A stretch of DNA of 60,103 nt, counting the filler. It is 3 parts of 3 records of this genome, joined end to end, with 100 filler letters (N's around TTAATTAATTAA, not from the genome) between each part and the next. Parts side by side here need not be neighbours in the genome. Positions count along the whole stretch, not along the records: positions 1 to 21,658 come from SRR22947727_1935; positions 21,759 to 33,937 come from SRR22947727_1937; 1 more part is not named here. One strand, given 5' to 3'. A program made the translations under genes and the position numbers. The notes beneath the pieces were generated by a model that had not been told where the DNA came from, did not search any database, and saw only the letters and a list, made by a program, of their open reading frames with translations. Below, piece by piece: positions 14,377 through 24,635 of the stretch (position 1 is its first letter; the number at the start of each line of letters is the position of its first letter).

Positions 14377-15531
14377 CTATTGGAGCCCTTTGAGGACCGC
14401 GCGCGCCGCACGATAGGGCAACTCTGGATCTCCACGGCCAAGGCGCGTCATCGTCTCCTCTATGGCTTGCGCTTGCGCTGCGGGAGCGCTCAGAATTTGC
14501 CGCAAAGCGGGTGCGATTTGTGAGGCTTTACAGTCTCTACCGACAAATTCTGGAACAGCCCGGGTCTCTGATACAAGGTTGACCAAGGTCACCGTGTCAA
14601 TTTGGAGCATAGCACCGATGATCAACCGCGAGATGAGACCCATGTCATAGGCAATCACCATCGGCGTGCCGGCCGCTGCCAGCTCAAGCGACACGGTGCC
14701 AGAGGCCGCCAAAGCCGCTTTTGCGGCGCCATAGGCAACCAGCCGCTCTTCGGCAGCAGCCGCCGCGCTGAGCCCGGAGCCTGTGACCAACAATGTCTCC
14801 TGCGGCAAGCCCTCAAGCGCTTCGCGCAAGAGCGGCTCCAAATGCGGCAATGTCGGAAAAATCAGCCGAAAATCTGCGAAACATGGCTCTGATAGGACCT
14901 GGCAGAACACGGGCAACAGGCGCTTGATTTCTGAGGGTCGAGATCCCGGCAGAATCACTAAAGACACACGCGCTGGATCTAAGGCGTAGTCGGCTTGAAA
15001 CTTAGCAATCTGTTTAGAGGTGATCGGGGCTTGCGCCGCGACCGGATGACCCACAAAATCGCAAGCCATGCCTTCGGCCTCCATATAGGGCGGCTCGAAG
15101 GGCAATAGCGCCAGCACATGATCAATAAAGCCCGCCATTTTCTTTGCGCGCCCCGCTCGCCAAGCCCAAACTGACGGCGCAACATAGTGGCAGGTTCTGA
15201 TCTTCGGGTCCGCCGCCCGCACCGCCCGCGCAACCCTTAAGGAGAAATCAGGACTGTCGATGGTGATCAAAATATCTGGCTTCCAGGCCAGCACCTCCGC
15301 CACGGTCTGATCAAAGCGGCGCTTTAGGGCGAAATATTTTGGCAAGACTTCCGCCAACCCCATGACGGACAGCTCGGACATGTCAAACAGGCTGTCCAAA
15401 CCTTCACTTTGCATCTCAGGTCCGGCGATCCCTCGAAAGGTCACATCCGGTGTAAGGTGACGCAACCCGCGCATCAGATCCGCCCCAAGCCGATCGCCGG
15501 AGGCCTCACCTGCCAAAAGGAACAGCTTCAC
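14377..15531 (-). CDS. lpxB: Lipid A disaccharide synthase
   Basis: AGEASGD.LG, IDSPDF, YVAPSVWAW, FVGHP, LPGSR.SEI. Confidence 0.96.
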   Translation of the reverse strand: MKLFLLAGEASGDRLGADLMRGLRHLTPDVTFRGIAGPEMQSEGLDSLFDMSELSVMGLAEVLPKYFALKRRFDQTVAEVLAWKPDILITIDSPDFSLRVARAVRAADPKIRTCHYVAPSVWAWRAGRAKKMAGFIDHVLALLPFEPPYMEAEGMACDFVGHPVAAQAPITSKQIAKFQADYALDPARVSLVILPGSRPSEIKRLLPVFCQVLSEPCFADFRLIFPTLPHLEPLLREALEGLPQETLLVTGSGLSAAAAAEERLVAYGAAKAALAASGTVSLELAAAGTPMVIAYDMGLISRLIIGAMLQIDTVTLVNLVSETRAVPEFVGRDCKASQIAPALRQILSAPAAQAQAIEETMTRLGRGDPELPYRAARAVLKGLQ

Positions 15532-16331
15532 AGCTTCGCCTCACACACCCATAGAAACAGCCCCAAACGATCCGCCTCAGCAATGACATCTGGTAAATCC
15601 AAGGCAACCACGCCGCCCTGCACTATGGCGACCCCCGCCAGCCCTGCCTGCGCCGCCTGCGCCATGGTCTCAGGGCCAATGGCCGGCAGGTCTATTCGCC
15701 GCTCTTGGCCGGCCTTCGGAGCTTTATAGAGCACCCCCCCTTCGGGCCAATCAGCGGGTCGAACGGCCGGGAGGCGCGATAACATCCACCGGGTGCCGCC
15801 AAAAGCTTCAACGGCCAAGATATGGCCAGACGCCACAACGCAGCCCTGCCCCATGTCCAAAGCTGAGAGCCTCTCAACCACCGTTTGAGCCCGCGCCACA
15901 TCTTTGTGATCCTGAGCGTCAGCTGCGCGTTGGCTCAACACCCCGCCCGGCGGCAAAAGCTCAGGTACAAGCTGCGTAAAACCAACCACTTCAAATCCGG
16001 CCTGTTCGAAAATATTAATAACGAGGCGTAGGGCGGCATCATCGCCGTCAGAAAGCGCTCGGGCAATCTGGCTCACAAGTGGCTGTGTGGCCGCGTCAAT
16101 TTGTGCAGGATCGACTTTTGGCCGCCTAATCGCGCCGGCGAAACAAACCTGCTTAACCCCGCGGAGTTTCAAGTCATTCAAGAAAGTGCCGAGGGTTTCC
16201 AGGCGAAACGTCAAATCAACGGCAAGACCCTCGGGCCTAAATTGCTCCAGAGCCGCAATCAAAGGCACATGGGAGATGTTTCGAACGATCAGACCCGGCA
16301 AAGCACCCTGCCCGCATATGAGCGCCAGCAT
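15528..16331 (-). CDS. lpxI: UDP-2,3-diacylglucosamine diphosphatase LpxI
   Basis: LICGQGALP, DMGQGCVV, KAPK.GQ..RIDLPAIG; lies between lpxA and lpxB. Confidence 0.9.
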   Translation of the reverse strand: MLALICGQGALPGLIVRNISHVPLIAALEQFRPEGLAVDLTFRLETLGTFLNDLKLRGVKQVCFAGAIRRPKVDPAQIDAATQPLVSQIARALSDGDDAALRLVINIFEQAGFEVVGFTQLVPELLPPGGVLSQRAADAQDHKDVARAQTVVERLSALDMGQGCVVASGHILAVEAFGGTRWMLSRLPAVRPADWPEGGVLYKAPKAGQERRIDLPAIGPETMAQAAQAGLAGVAIVQGGVVALDLPDVIAEADRLGLFLWVCEAKL

Positions 16332-16335
16332 CTGT

Positions 16336-17133
16336 TTACCCCGGTGTCAAAAAGGAGCGACCGCTGTCGCCCAGAATAAAATCGACAATTTCCTGAACAT
16401 AGGCACTGTCGGTTTCCTCCCCAAGTCGTTTCGCACGATCTTGAAATGCGCCCTCCCCTTGGGCCAGCATCTGAAAGGCGGCGCGCAGAGCCGTGATGTC
16501 TTGTCGATCCACCCCACGGCGCTTTAAGCCAACAAGGTTGAGACCATCCAACTGTCCCCGTGACGCCTGCACCAGACCATAGGGAATCACATCATTGGTC
16601 ACCATAGTAACCGCGCCAATAATAGCGCCCTTTCCAAGGCGCACGAATTGATGCACGCCGCAAAGCCCGCCGACAATCACGTCATCCTCAATGACCACAT
16701 GGCCCGCAATGGCTGCAGAATTGACAATAATGACCCGATTTCCCAAACGCGAGTCATGGGCGATATGGCAGCCCGCCATCAGCAAACAGTCATCGCCAAT
16801 CGAGGTGACGCCGCCGCCGCCTTGGGTGCCAAGATTGATGGTCACATGCTCGCGGATGGTGTTGCGCTGGCCAATCTCCAGCTGGGACACTTCGCCTTTA
16901 AACTTCAAATCCTGCGGAATTTCACCAATTACGGCAAATGAGAAAATGCGCGTGTCTGAACCGACTTTGGTCTGCCCACGAATAACCACATGCGATGTGC
17001 AAACAACATTTTGGGCAAGCTCCACATGGGCCCCTATCCAACAAAACGGCCCAATCTCACAGCCCGCCCCGATGCGGGCCCCCGGCTCGATGACCGCTGA
17101 CGGATGAATCTGTGCGGTGCTGTTGACGCTCAC
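16336..17133 (-). CDS. lpxA: UDP-N-acetylglucosamine acyltransferase
   Basis: Hexapeptide repeats, PQDLKF, HIAHD, HQFVR.G, GLN.VGLKRRG. Confidence 0.97.
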   Translation of the reverse strand: MSVNSTAQIHPSAVIEPGARIGAGCEIGPFCWIGAHVELAQNVVCTSHVVIRGQTKVGSDTRIFSFAVIGEIPQDLKFKGEVSQLEIGQRNTIREHVTINLGTQGGGGVTSIGDDCLLMAGCHIAHDSRLGNRVIIVNSAAIAGHVVIEDDVIVGGLCGVHQFVRLGKGAIIGAVTMVTNDVIPYGLVQASRGQLDGLNLVGLKRRGVDRQDITALRAAFQMLAQGEGAFQDRAKRLGEETDSAYVQEIVDFILGDSGRSFLTPG

Positions 17134-17591
17134 TTGGCGGTCTCCGGCAAATCCATCATGGCGGTGAATTCGGCCTCTGCCGCCATTTCGCCATTGACCA
17201 AACCACGGCCTTTAAATTTCCAGATTTTGGATCCGCCGCGCAGGGTCTCCACATGCAACTCCAGAACATCGCCGGGCACGACTTTGCGGCGGAATTTGCA
17301 TTTATCGATCGACATAAAGTAGATCAACATATTGGTATCTGCCAAGTTATGGGTCACCCCCACCATAACAGCGGCCGTTTGCGCCAGAGCCTCAATAATC
17401 GTTACCCCCGGCATAATGGGCGTGCCCGGGAAATGGCCCTGAAAATGGGGTTCATTCATCGTGACGTTTTTGATACCCCGCGCCGATTTCACCCCGTCGA
17501 TATCTTCGACACGATCTACCAGAAGAAAGGGGTAACGATGCGGAAGAATGGCTTGAATCAGTTGGATGTCAGCGCTTGCAAGTTCGGTCAT
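17130..17591 (-). CDS. fabZ: 3-hydroxyacyl-ACP dehydratase
   Basis: [31 protein letters not shown]. Confidence 0.97.
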   Translation of the reverse strand: MTELASADIQLIQAILPHRYPFLLVDRVEDIDGVKSARGIKNVTMNEPHFQGHFPGTPIMPGVTIIEALAQTAAVMVGVTHNLADTNMLIYFMSIDKCKFRRKVVPGDVLELHVETLRGGSKIWKFKGRGLVNGEMAAEAEFTAMMDLPETAK

Positions 17592-17699
17592 GTATTTTAT
17601 CCTTAATTTTATTAAAGGTACCAAAGCCTGACGCGCCGTGCAACATTTGCCCGAACAGCCATTCTGGAGCCTGTTCGGAGCCAAGGCGCAAACCGAGGT

Positions 17700-18266
17700 C
17701 TAATTTTCAGCGGCCGGCTCGGTGGCAGAAATACTGGCCAGAAAGGCATCATCCACCCGCTCGACCAGAAGATCTGTGATATCGATGCCCTCGATGCTGC
17801 GTAAAACCGAGCGTTTCTCCAAGATCACAGTTGCATTGAACTCCCGCATAACCAGGTCAAAAAAGGGCTCAATTCGGCTAAAAAACAATGGCTTCAGATT
17901 CTTAAACTGCTCATCCACTTGCCTAATTTTTTCAAGCCGTGCGCTGCGGATTTCCTGGACTTTCGCATCAAATGCGGCGGCGGCGGCGGCGAATTCTTCG
18001 GCAGACAGCGTCGCACGATCCTCTGTCAGCTGCAGCTCTTCATCTTTCAAGGCATTCAATAGGAGCGTATTTTCAGCTGCTACGTCTTGATTGTCTTCGC
18101 GAAACTGCGCGCGCATAGATTTGCCAAACAAAGAGGTTTCATAGGCCCGATCAAGATCGACCACCAATATTGAGGCCTCCTGCGCCGCCAAGGGCGCCGC
18201 CAGAAGCGCCCATAGCAAGCTAAGCCACAGTAAAGAGAATCGGAGCAACCTGGCGCAAGCGCCCAT
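17700..18266 (-). CDS. OmpH/Skp family outer-membrane chaperone
   Basis: Signal peptide, ILVVD, coiled coil, IDITD; lies between bamA and fabZ. Confidence 0.88.
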   Translation of the reverse strand: MGACARLLRFSLLWLSLLWALLAAPLAAQEASILVVDLDRAYETSLFGKSMRAQFREDNQDVAAENTLLLNALKDEELQLTEDRATLSAEEFAAAAAAFDAKVQEIRSARLEKIRQVDEQFKNLKPLFFSRIEPFFDLVMREFNATVILEKRSVLRSIEGIDITDLLVERVDDAFLASISATEPAAEN

Positions 18267-20614
18267 CAGAAAGACGCCGAAATGGTTAGATCAAAATTCT
18301 GCTCAACATCATACTCTGCAGTTTTAACCGCATCGGTGAAGTTGAAACGCAGTGGACCAATCGGGGTATTCCAAAAGATCGATACGCCCGCCACCGCGCG
18401 CAGGGTGAACTCATCGTAAAGAATCGTATTGGCCGGTGCTTGGTTCGCACCCGACCCCACATGGGCCGAATCCAAGCCCCAAACAGAGCCCGCATCAAAG
18501 AAAGCGCCGAACTCAATGCCATATTCTTCAGGCAGGCCGATTGGAAATTGCGTCTCAAACCGCGCAACCGCGTAGTATTCACCGCCAAGCGCGTCATTAA
18601 TCGAGTTGCTCGTGTCGACTTCGCGAGGACCCAGACCGCCGGGTGCAAAACCGCGAAACAAGCCAGACCCAAGGAAAAAACGATCCGTAACCCGGTTTGA
18701 ACTGCCACCGGCATAACTCAGCGCGCCGCCCTCCAAAATCGCTGTGACTTTGAAGTCTTCATTGCGCACATAGGTTTCACCACCCAATTTTACATTCGTG
18801 CGGACAAAACGCGCGTCACCGGCTAGGCCAAAATCTTGCGACAGCCGCAAAAACATCCCGGATTTGGGATTGAGGCCCGTGCGGCGGTTGTCGAAAGAGT
18901 AAGTATAGCCCAAGCCGAGTGTTTTGCGGTCGCCCTCTGTTGCTTCTCCTGTGATAACTGCTGAACTTGTCGTCACATCCGTCAGCTCTTCGGTTTCATA
19001 GAAGAGCTTGGGGGTAAAAAATCCAGATTCGCTGACAGGAAAGCCCAAGGCTGCATCAATTTCAAGCGAACCGGTATTATACCGGGCGTTGTTCTTACTG
19101 GTGCCACGGTAATCTACCCCAAAACTCAAGCTCAAATCTCGGTTGAATAGCGATGGCTCTTTGAACCCAAAATTAAACCCGCGCGTGCTTGTCGTGGTAT
19201 TGATTCCAAAACTGGTGGCTTGCCCCCGCCCCAAGAAATTTTCTTCGCGGAAACTGGCCACCAATCCGACCCCATTGGCCGAATTATAATTGGCCCCGAA
19301 TTTCAAGTTGCCGGTCGGCTTCTCAGTCACCGAAACTTCGACGATCCTTTGATTGGGTGCAGACCCCTCGCGGGTGGTTACATTAGAGCTTGCAAAGAAA
19401 CCCAGCGCGCGAATCCGTTCGGCGCTGGCGCGAATTTCACGGGGGTTTAACGCATCTCCCTCAACGACTTTGAACTGCCGGCGGATCACCCGATCAAGCG
19501 TGGTCGTATTGCCTGCAATATCAATCCGCTCAACAAAAACGCGCGGACCGCGAGACAGGTTGAAATCAATATCCAAGGCCAGGCCTTCATTGTTGCGGGT
19601 CACACGCGGCTCAACACGCACGAAATCAAGCCCCAGCTCTAGAGCTCGGCGCTCCATCCGGGTGATGGTATTTTCAACCAGGGCCGGAGAGTAGATATCC
19701 CCCTGCTCGATTTTAATCGCGTTTTCAAAATCACCCGGATCCACGTCTTCAAGGTCTGACGTTGTGGTGATCTTGCCAAAAGAGAATTGCTGCCCTTCTT
19801 GAACGCGGAAGGTGAGAAAGAAGGAATCTTTGGTTTTCGACAGCTCTGAGGTCACAGCTTGCACTTGAAAATCAATATAGCCACGCGAGTTATAAAAATC
19901 AGTCAGAACTTGCTTGTCGAATTCTACCCGATCCTCAACATAGGTGTCGCGCTGTACGAATATCCGCAGCAGACCGGCTTGTTTGGTGTTCAAAACACGG
20001 CGCAGCCGCCGGTCGGAGAACGTCCGATTGCCCACGAAGGACAGACGTTCAATCTCCACAACACCGCCCTCCGCAATCTCAAAAATCACATCAACCCGGT
20101 TGTCCGATCGCCGAATGATCCGCGGTTCGACAAAGGCGGCTATGCGGCCTTGATTGGCATAGGCCTCAGCGATGGCATTGGCATCATCACGCACTTGGCT
20201 GACCGAATAGATCCGCCGAGATTGCGAGCGCACCAAAGCGCTCAGTTGTTTTTCGCCAAGCCGTTCATTGCCTTCAAACACAACTTCATTGACCGTCGGA
20301 AATTCAAAGACAGTGACCTTGAGCTTGTTGCCTTGGACCTCTGCCGTCACAGTTTCAAACAGGTTTGAATCGCGCACGCGCTGCACCGCGTCATTAACCT
20401 CACCAATCGCCAAAACGGCCGGGGTCTCGATCTCTGTGTAGCTGCGGATGGTTTCTGTCTCGATCCGCCGATTACCGTCGACTATAATTTCAGTAATTTT
20501 AAAATCATTTGCCTGCGCCGCCTGCACCATCCAGACGCAAGAGATCATCATGACACCAAAGGCGCGGATCAAAACGGTTGCCCGTGCCGCATGAGCTCCA
20601 AAAAGTTTCATCAC
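18266..20614 (-). CDS. bamA: Outer membrane protein assembly factor BamA
   Basis: POTRA repeats (GN.R), FRGF motif, TPIGPLRF, C-terminal Phe. Confidence 0.96.
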   Translation of the reverse strand: MMKLFGAHAARATVLIRAFGVMMISCVWMVQAAQANDFKITEIIVDGNRRIETETIRSYTEIETPAVLAIGEVNDAVQRVRDSNLFETVTAEVQGNKLKVTVFEFPTVNEVVFEGNERLGEKQLSALVRSQSRRIYSVSQVRDDANAIAEAYANQGRIAAFVEPRIIRRSDNRVDVIFEIAEGGVVEIERLSFVGNRTFSDRRLRRVLNTKQAGLLRIFVQRDTYVEDRVEFDKQVLTDFYNSRGYIDFQVQAVTSELSKTKDSFFLTFRVQEGQQFSFGKITTTSDLEDVDPGDFENAIKIEQGDIYSPALVENTITRMERRALELGLDFVRVEPRVTRNNEGLALDIDFNLSRGPRVFVERIDIAGNTTTLDRVIRRQFKVVEGDALNPREIRASAERIRALGFFASSNVTTREGSAPNQRIVEVSVTEKPTGNLKFGANYNSANGVGLVASFREENFLGRGQATSFGINTTTSTRGFNFGFKEPSLFNRDLSLSFGVDYRGTSKNNARYNTGSLEIDAALGFPVSESGFFTPKLFYETEELTDVTTSSAVITGEATEGDRKTLGLGYTYSFDNRRTGLNPKSGMFLRLSQDFGLAGDARFVRTNVKLGGETYVRNEDFKVTAILEGGALSYAGGSSNRVTDRFFLGSGLFRGFAPGGLGPREVDTSNSINDALGGEYYAVARFETQFPIGLPEEYGIEFGAFFDAGSVWGLDSAHVGSGANQAPANTILYDEFTLRAVAGVSIFWNTPIGPLRFNFTDAVKTAEYDVEQNFDLTISASF

Positions 20615-20733
20615 AAATGTCCCTGTTGTGGCTTGGTTAATATTTCGTGAACTTATCGCCTCGCCGGCACTGTGTCAAAAAAAACTGCGTGCCAATCACC
20701 GCATTTTCCGGGCTTTTCCGCCACAGTGTCAGG

Positions 20734-21658
20734 TTACGGGCACATGAAATTCATGACCACAGCGAAGGCTGTCAGCGACAAAACCAAAAACAGCCCGATG
20801 GTCATCAAAATCTGCAGAGCAGAATCACTTGGCTTGCGCCCTGTGATCGCTTCATAAGCGCAAAATAGCAAATGCCCGCCATCCAAGACCGGGATGGGAA
20901 AGAGGTTCATCAAGCCAACCGCTGTCGACAATCCTGCGATCAAAGCAACAAAGGGCATCGCCCCCTGACGCGCCATCTGCCCAGCCGTCTCGGCAATCGC
21001 CACCGGACCGGAAATATTGCAGGCGCTGATCGAGCCGAGAACCATTTGCTTCAAACCTGCAAGAGACAGGGTAATGATCGACCAGGTGCGCTCAGCGGCC
21101 GCGCGGATCGCCACGCCAAAGGGCAATGGATCCGTACCCGGCTTAAAGAACGTCCCACCAGAAATGCCCACCAATCTCCGGTTTACAAATTCACCATTAG
21201 CGTTTGGAATCGCAACCGATTTTGCAGTGAGGCGCACATCAAACTCTGTGCCGGCGCGCCACACTGAAAATCCCATTTCATCTCCATCGGCCTCGGCCAC
21301 GGTCTGTTGCAGTTGAGAAAACCCGTTAATGGCCCTTCCATCGATCCGCAAAATCACGTCACCGGCTTGCAACCCCGCCTCAATCGCCGCAGAGCGCGGC
21401 TGGACCTGCGCCACCAATGCCGGGAAAGGTACGGGCCCCAGCACAGAGCTGCGCCGCCCGTCCCGCATCACCGTGTAGCGCACGGGGGGCACGAGTGCCT
21501 GACCGATCGTCGCAAATTCTTCGTAACTGCGCACGTCTTGCCCCTCAACGGCCAAGATTTCATCTCCGATCTGCAGGCCCATTTCCCCCGGAACCGGGGT
21601 TAATTGCGCGATCTTCAAACTGCCATCATACTGGCCATGCCACATGAACAACCCACAA
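20734..21658 (-). CDS. rseP: RIP metalloprotease RseP (5' truncated at contig end)
   Basis: PDZ domains and NLFPIPVLDGGH; upstream of bamA. Confidence 0.92.
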
Positions 21659-21758
21659 NNNNNNNNNNNNNNNNNNNNNNNNNNNNNNNNNNNNNNNNNN
21701 NNTTAATTAATTAANNNNNNNNNNNNNNNNNNNNNNNNNNNNNNNNNNNNNNNNNNNN
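21659..21758. other. Artificial contig-joining spacer
   Basis: N44 + TTAATTAATTAA (stops in all frames) + N44; flanking genes truncated. Confidence 0.97.
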
Positions 21759-21936
21759 AAACGCCGCGCGGGCGGTGATATTTGAACGAGCGCCCCATGA
21801 GGCGCACGCCATTGGCCAAAAGCGCGCTGGCCAGCGTGTCGCCCGCATGACCTTGGTAGGCCTTGCCATCGAAGGTGAAGTCCAAACTCTGGCTGCGGTC
21901 AATTTGCCCGCCCGGAAGGCGATTGATTTGGCTCAT
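21759..21936 (-). CDS. soxA: Sarcosine oxidase alpha subunit, N-terminal fragment (truncated)
   Basis: FTFDGK.Y.G..GDTLASALLANG, RSFKYHRPRG. Confidence 0.92.
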
Positions 21937-22220
21937 CGGCTCCGCCCCCGGCTGCGGGCCACATCGCGGGCCAGTTCCACGGCGGAAATTTCATGGGTGG
22001 TTGTGTCGCGGGTGACGACAAGGAAGGAGCGATCGCCCTGCTCGTGATACCAAAGCTCACGATGCGCCCCGGCAGGATTGTCGCGCATATAGCCATAGTC
22101 AATAAATTTCGCCAAAGCCTCCGGGTCTTGCCAATCGGGGCGTTCTATCAGCTTGGCATCTCCCATATAGGTAAACTCTGCACTGTCGCGTGGACCGAGA
22201 AGCGGGTGGTTGATAATCAT
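21933..22220 (-). CDS. soxD: Sarcosine oxidase delta subunit
   Basis: GPRD..EF.Y.G, Y.RDNP.G...E.W.H, RDT.THEI; between soxB and soxA. Confidence 0.92.
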   Translation of the reverse strand: MIINHPLLGPRDSAEFTYMGDAKLIERPDWQDPEALAKFIDYGYMRDNPAGAHRELWYHEQGDRSFLVVTRDTTTHEISAVELARDVARSRGRSR

Positions 22221-22233
22221 ATCTCATGCGCTC

Positions 22234-23484
22234 CTAGTGCAGCTGTGGGTTGTTACCCACGCCTTTTTCATCAATCATCTGCCCCTTTTCGAACCGGTCA
22301 AAGCGGTAGGCCTTGGCAAATTCATGCGGGGTATCCGTGGCCAAGAGATGGGCATAGCACCAGCCAGAGGCCGGCGTGGCCTTGAAGCCGCCATAGCACC
22401 AACCGCCGTTGAAATAGAGCCCGTCAATATGGGTGCGGTCTATGATGGGCGAGCCATCCATCGACATATCCATAATACCGCCCCACATGCGCAGAAGACG
22501 CACACGGCCGAGCATGGGGAATATGGCCATGGCCCCTTCGCAGACATCTTCAACAACGGGCAGGTTTCCGCGCTGGGCGTAGGAATTATAGCCGTCTATA
22601 TCGCCGCCAAAGACCAATCCGCCCTTGTCCGATTGGCTGCAATAAAAATGTCCCGCCCCAAAGGTGATGACCCCGGGAAGCACTGGTTTCAGCCCCTCGG
22701 AGACAAAGGCTTGCAGCACATGGCTTTCGATGGGCAGGCGCATACCGGCCTTTGACATCAAACGGCCCGAGGATCCGGCGACACAGGCGGCAATTTTGCC
22801 GCCCGCGATATAGCCGCGGCTGGTGTCCACGCCAAGGCAGGCACCGCCTTCAATGCGAAAGCCGGTGACTTCGCAGTTTTGGATGATATCCACCCCCAAT
22901 TGATCGGCCGCGCGGGCATAGCCCCAGGCCACTGCATCATGGCGCACGGTGCCTCCGCGATGCTGGGCCAGACCGCCTTTGATGGGGAAGCGGGCGTTGT
23001 CCACATTGAGGAAAGGGTAGCGTTTTTGGATGGTTTTTGTGGAGAGTAAATCCGCATCTGCCCCGTTGAGAATCATCGCATTGCCGCGCCGCGTGAAGGC
23101 GTCGCGCTGTGCGTCAGAGTGGATGAGATTGAGAATGCCGCGCTGGCTGACCATCGCGTTGTAATTCAGATCCTGCTCCAGCCCCTCCCAGAGCTTGAGC
23201 GAATGCTCGTAAAACGGCTCATTGCCGTCCAGGAGATAGTTGGAACGGATGATCGTGGTGTTTCGCCCGACATTCCCGCCGCCAATCCATCCTTTCTCCA
23301 AGACCGCCACCCTCTTGGCCCCATGGTTGCGCGCCAGGTAATAGGCGGTCGCCAAACCATGCCCGCCGCCACCGATGACGATGTAATCATAATGCGCTTG
23401 CGGCGCCACGTCCCGCCAAGCGGGCGTCCAGCCTTTGTGGCCAGTGAGAGCTTCTTTAATCACTCGTAGGGCTGAATAGCGCAT
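22234..23484 (-). CDS. soxB: Sarcosine oxidase beta subunit
   Basis: GGGGHGLATAYYLA, GRNTTIIRSNY, RHDAVAWGYAR, GWCYGGFKATP. Confidence 0.96.
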   Translation of the reverse strand: MRYSALRVIKEALTGHKGWTPAWRDVAPQAHYDYIVIGGGGHGLATAYYLARNHGAKRVAVLEKGWIGGGNVGRNTTIIRSNYLLDGNEPFYEHSLKLWEGLEQDLNYNAMVSQRGILNLIHSDAQRDAFTRRGNAMILNGADADLLSTKTIQKRYPFLNVDNARFPIKGGLAQHRGGTVRHDAVAWGYARAADQLGVDIIQNCEVTGFRIEGGACLGVDTSRGYIAGGKIAACVAGSSGRLMSKAGMRLPIESHVLQAFVSEGLKPVLPGVITFGAGHFYCSQSDKGGLVFGGDIDGYNSYAQRGNLPVVEDVCEGAMAIFPMLGRVRLLRMWGGIMDMSMDGSPIIDRTHIDGLYFNGGWCYGGFKATPASGWCYAHLLATDTPHEFAKAYRFDRFEKGQMIDEKGVGNNPQLH

Positions 23485-23680
23485 AGATCTGACTCCTTGC
23501 TGCAACTGTGGCCAATCCACCGCGTGAATTCAGGTTGAAATCGGACAAACTACAGGTGTTTTCCGACCAAGACCGTCTTTGTAATTTCTGGACCTGTGTT
23601 TGAGCGGTGGCGCGCATCAGTAGGGCTTTTTCTTTGCGCAATTTGGCGTTAGGAATTGATCTGTCTTGAAAGGATATCCC

Positions 23681-24505
23681 ATGGGCGACACGCAAAAATA
23701 TTATTTCCCAACTGGCGGCCTGCCGGGCCAGAAGGAGGTTATGACTCAACGCGCGGTCTTTACCGAGGCCTATGCGGTCATCCCCAAGGGCACGATGCGC
23801 GATATCGTCACCAGCTTTCTGCCCCATTGGGACAAAACACGCGCCTGGGTACTCGCACGTCCCTTGAGCGGTTTTGCTGAGACGTTTTCGCAATATATCA
23901 TGGAAGTCTCCCCCGGTGGTGGCAGCCGTAAGCCGGATGCAGACGCCCGGGCGCAATCGGTACTTTTTGTCACCCAAGGTGCGGGCGTGCTGCATCTGGA
24001 CGGGCAGGCGCATGCTTTGCGGGCGGGCAGCTACGCCTATATTCCCAGCGGATTGCAATGGCAGCTGGAGGCACCTGAGGAGTGCCTGCGGTTTCATTGG
24101 ATCCGTAAACTCTATGTGCCGGTTGAGGGGATCGCGAGACCTGAGGCCTTTGTCACCCATGAGGCCGATCATGAGCTGCATTTGATGCCAGATACCGATG
24201 GGGCATGGGGCACCACGCGCTTTGTGGAACCCAACGATCTGCGCCATGACATGCATGTCAATATCGTGACGTTTCAACCGGGCGGTGTGATTCCTTTTGA
24301 AGAGACCCATGTTATGGAGCATGGGCTTTATGTGCTCGAGGGCAAGGCTGTGTATAAGCTCAACCAAGATTGGGTCGAAGTGGAGGCCGGCGATTTCATG
24401 TGGCTACGCGCCTTTTGCCCGCAAGCCTGCTATGCGGGCGGTCCGGGACCGTTTCGCTATTTGCTTTATAAAGACGTGAACCGGCATATGCCGCTGGGCC
24501 TGTAG
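23681..24505 (+). CDS. (S)-ureidoglycine aminohydrolase / allantoicase-type bicupin (AllE/YlbA)
   Basis: RAVFTEAYA.IP, ETFSQY, ETHVMEHG, CPQACYAGG, YLLYKDVNR. Confidence 0.92.
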   Translation: MGDTQKYYFPTGGLPGQKEVMTQRAVFTEAYAVIPKGTMRDIVTSFLPHWDKTRAWVLARPLSGFAETFSQYIMEVSPGGGSRKPDADARAQSVLFVTQGAGVLHLDGQAHALRAGSYAYIPSGLQWQLEAPEECLRFHWIRKLYVPVEGIARPEAFVTHEADHELHLMPDTDGAWGTTRFVEPNDLRHDMHVNIVTFQPGGVIPFEETHVMEHGLYVLEGKAVYKLNQDWVEVEAGDFMWLRAFCPQACYAGGPGPFRYLLYKDVNRHMPLGL

Positions 24506-24635
24506 CCCTCTGACCTGCGCAAGGCAGGTCAAAATTTGAAAGACCTCTGAATAAGGCCATTTCAGCCCGGTGTTGCCACTGGGCAAAGTACTTTTTTACC
24601 TTGCGGCTGGGTTATGCAGGGATCTTCTTGAGGCT

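Noticed and set aside
20636-20651. CtrA-like site upstream of bamA (minus TTCA-N7-TTAAC)
   Set aside because: One mismatch in AT-rich DNA and no supporting context; may be chance.
21703-21714. TTAATTAATTAA (also 33982-33993) as a regulatory palindrome or CtrA site
   Set aside because: Embedded in N runs; an artificial six-frame-stop linker.
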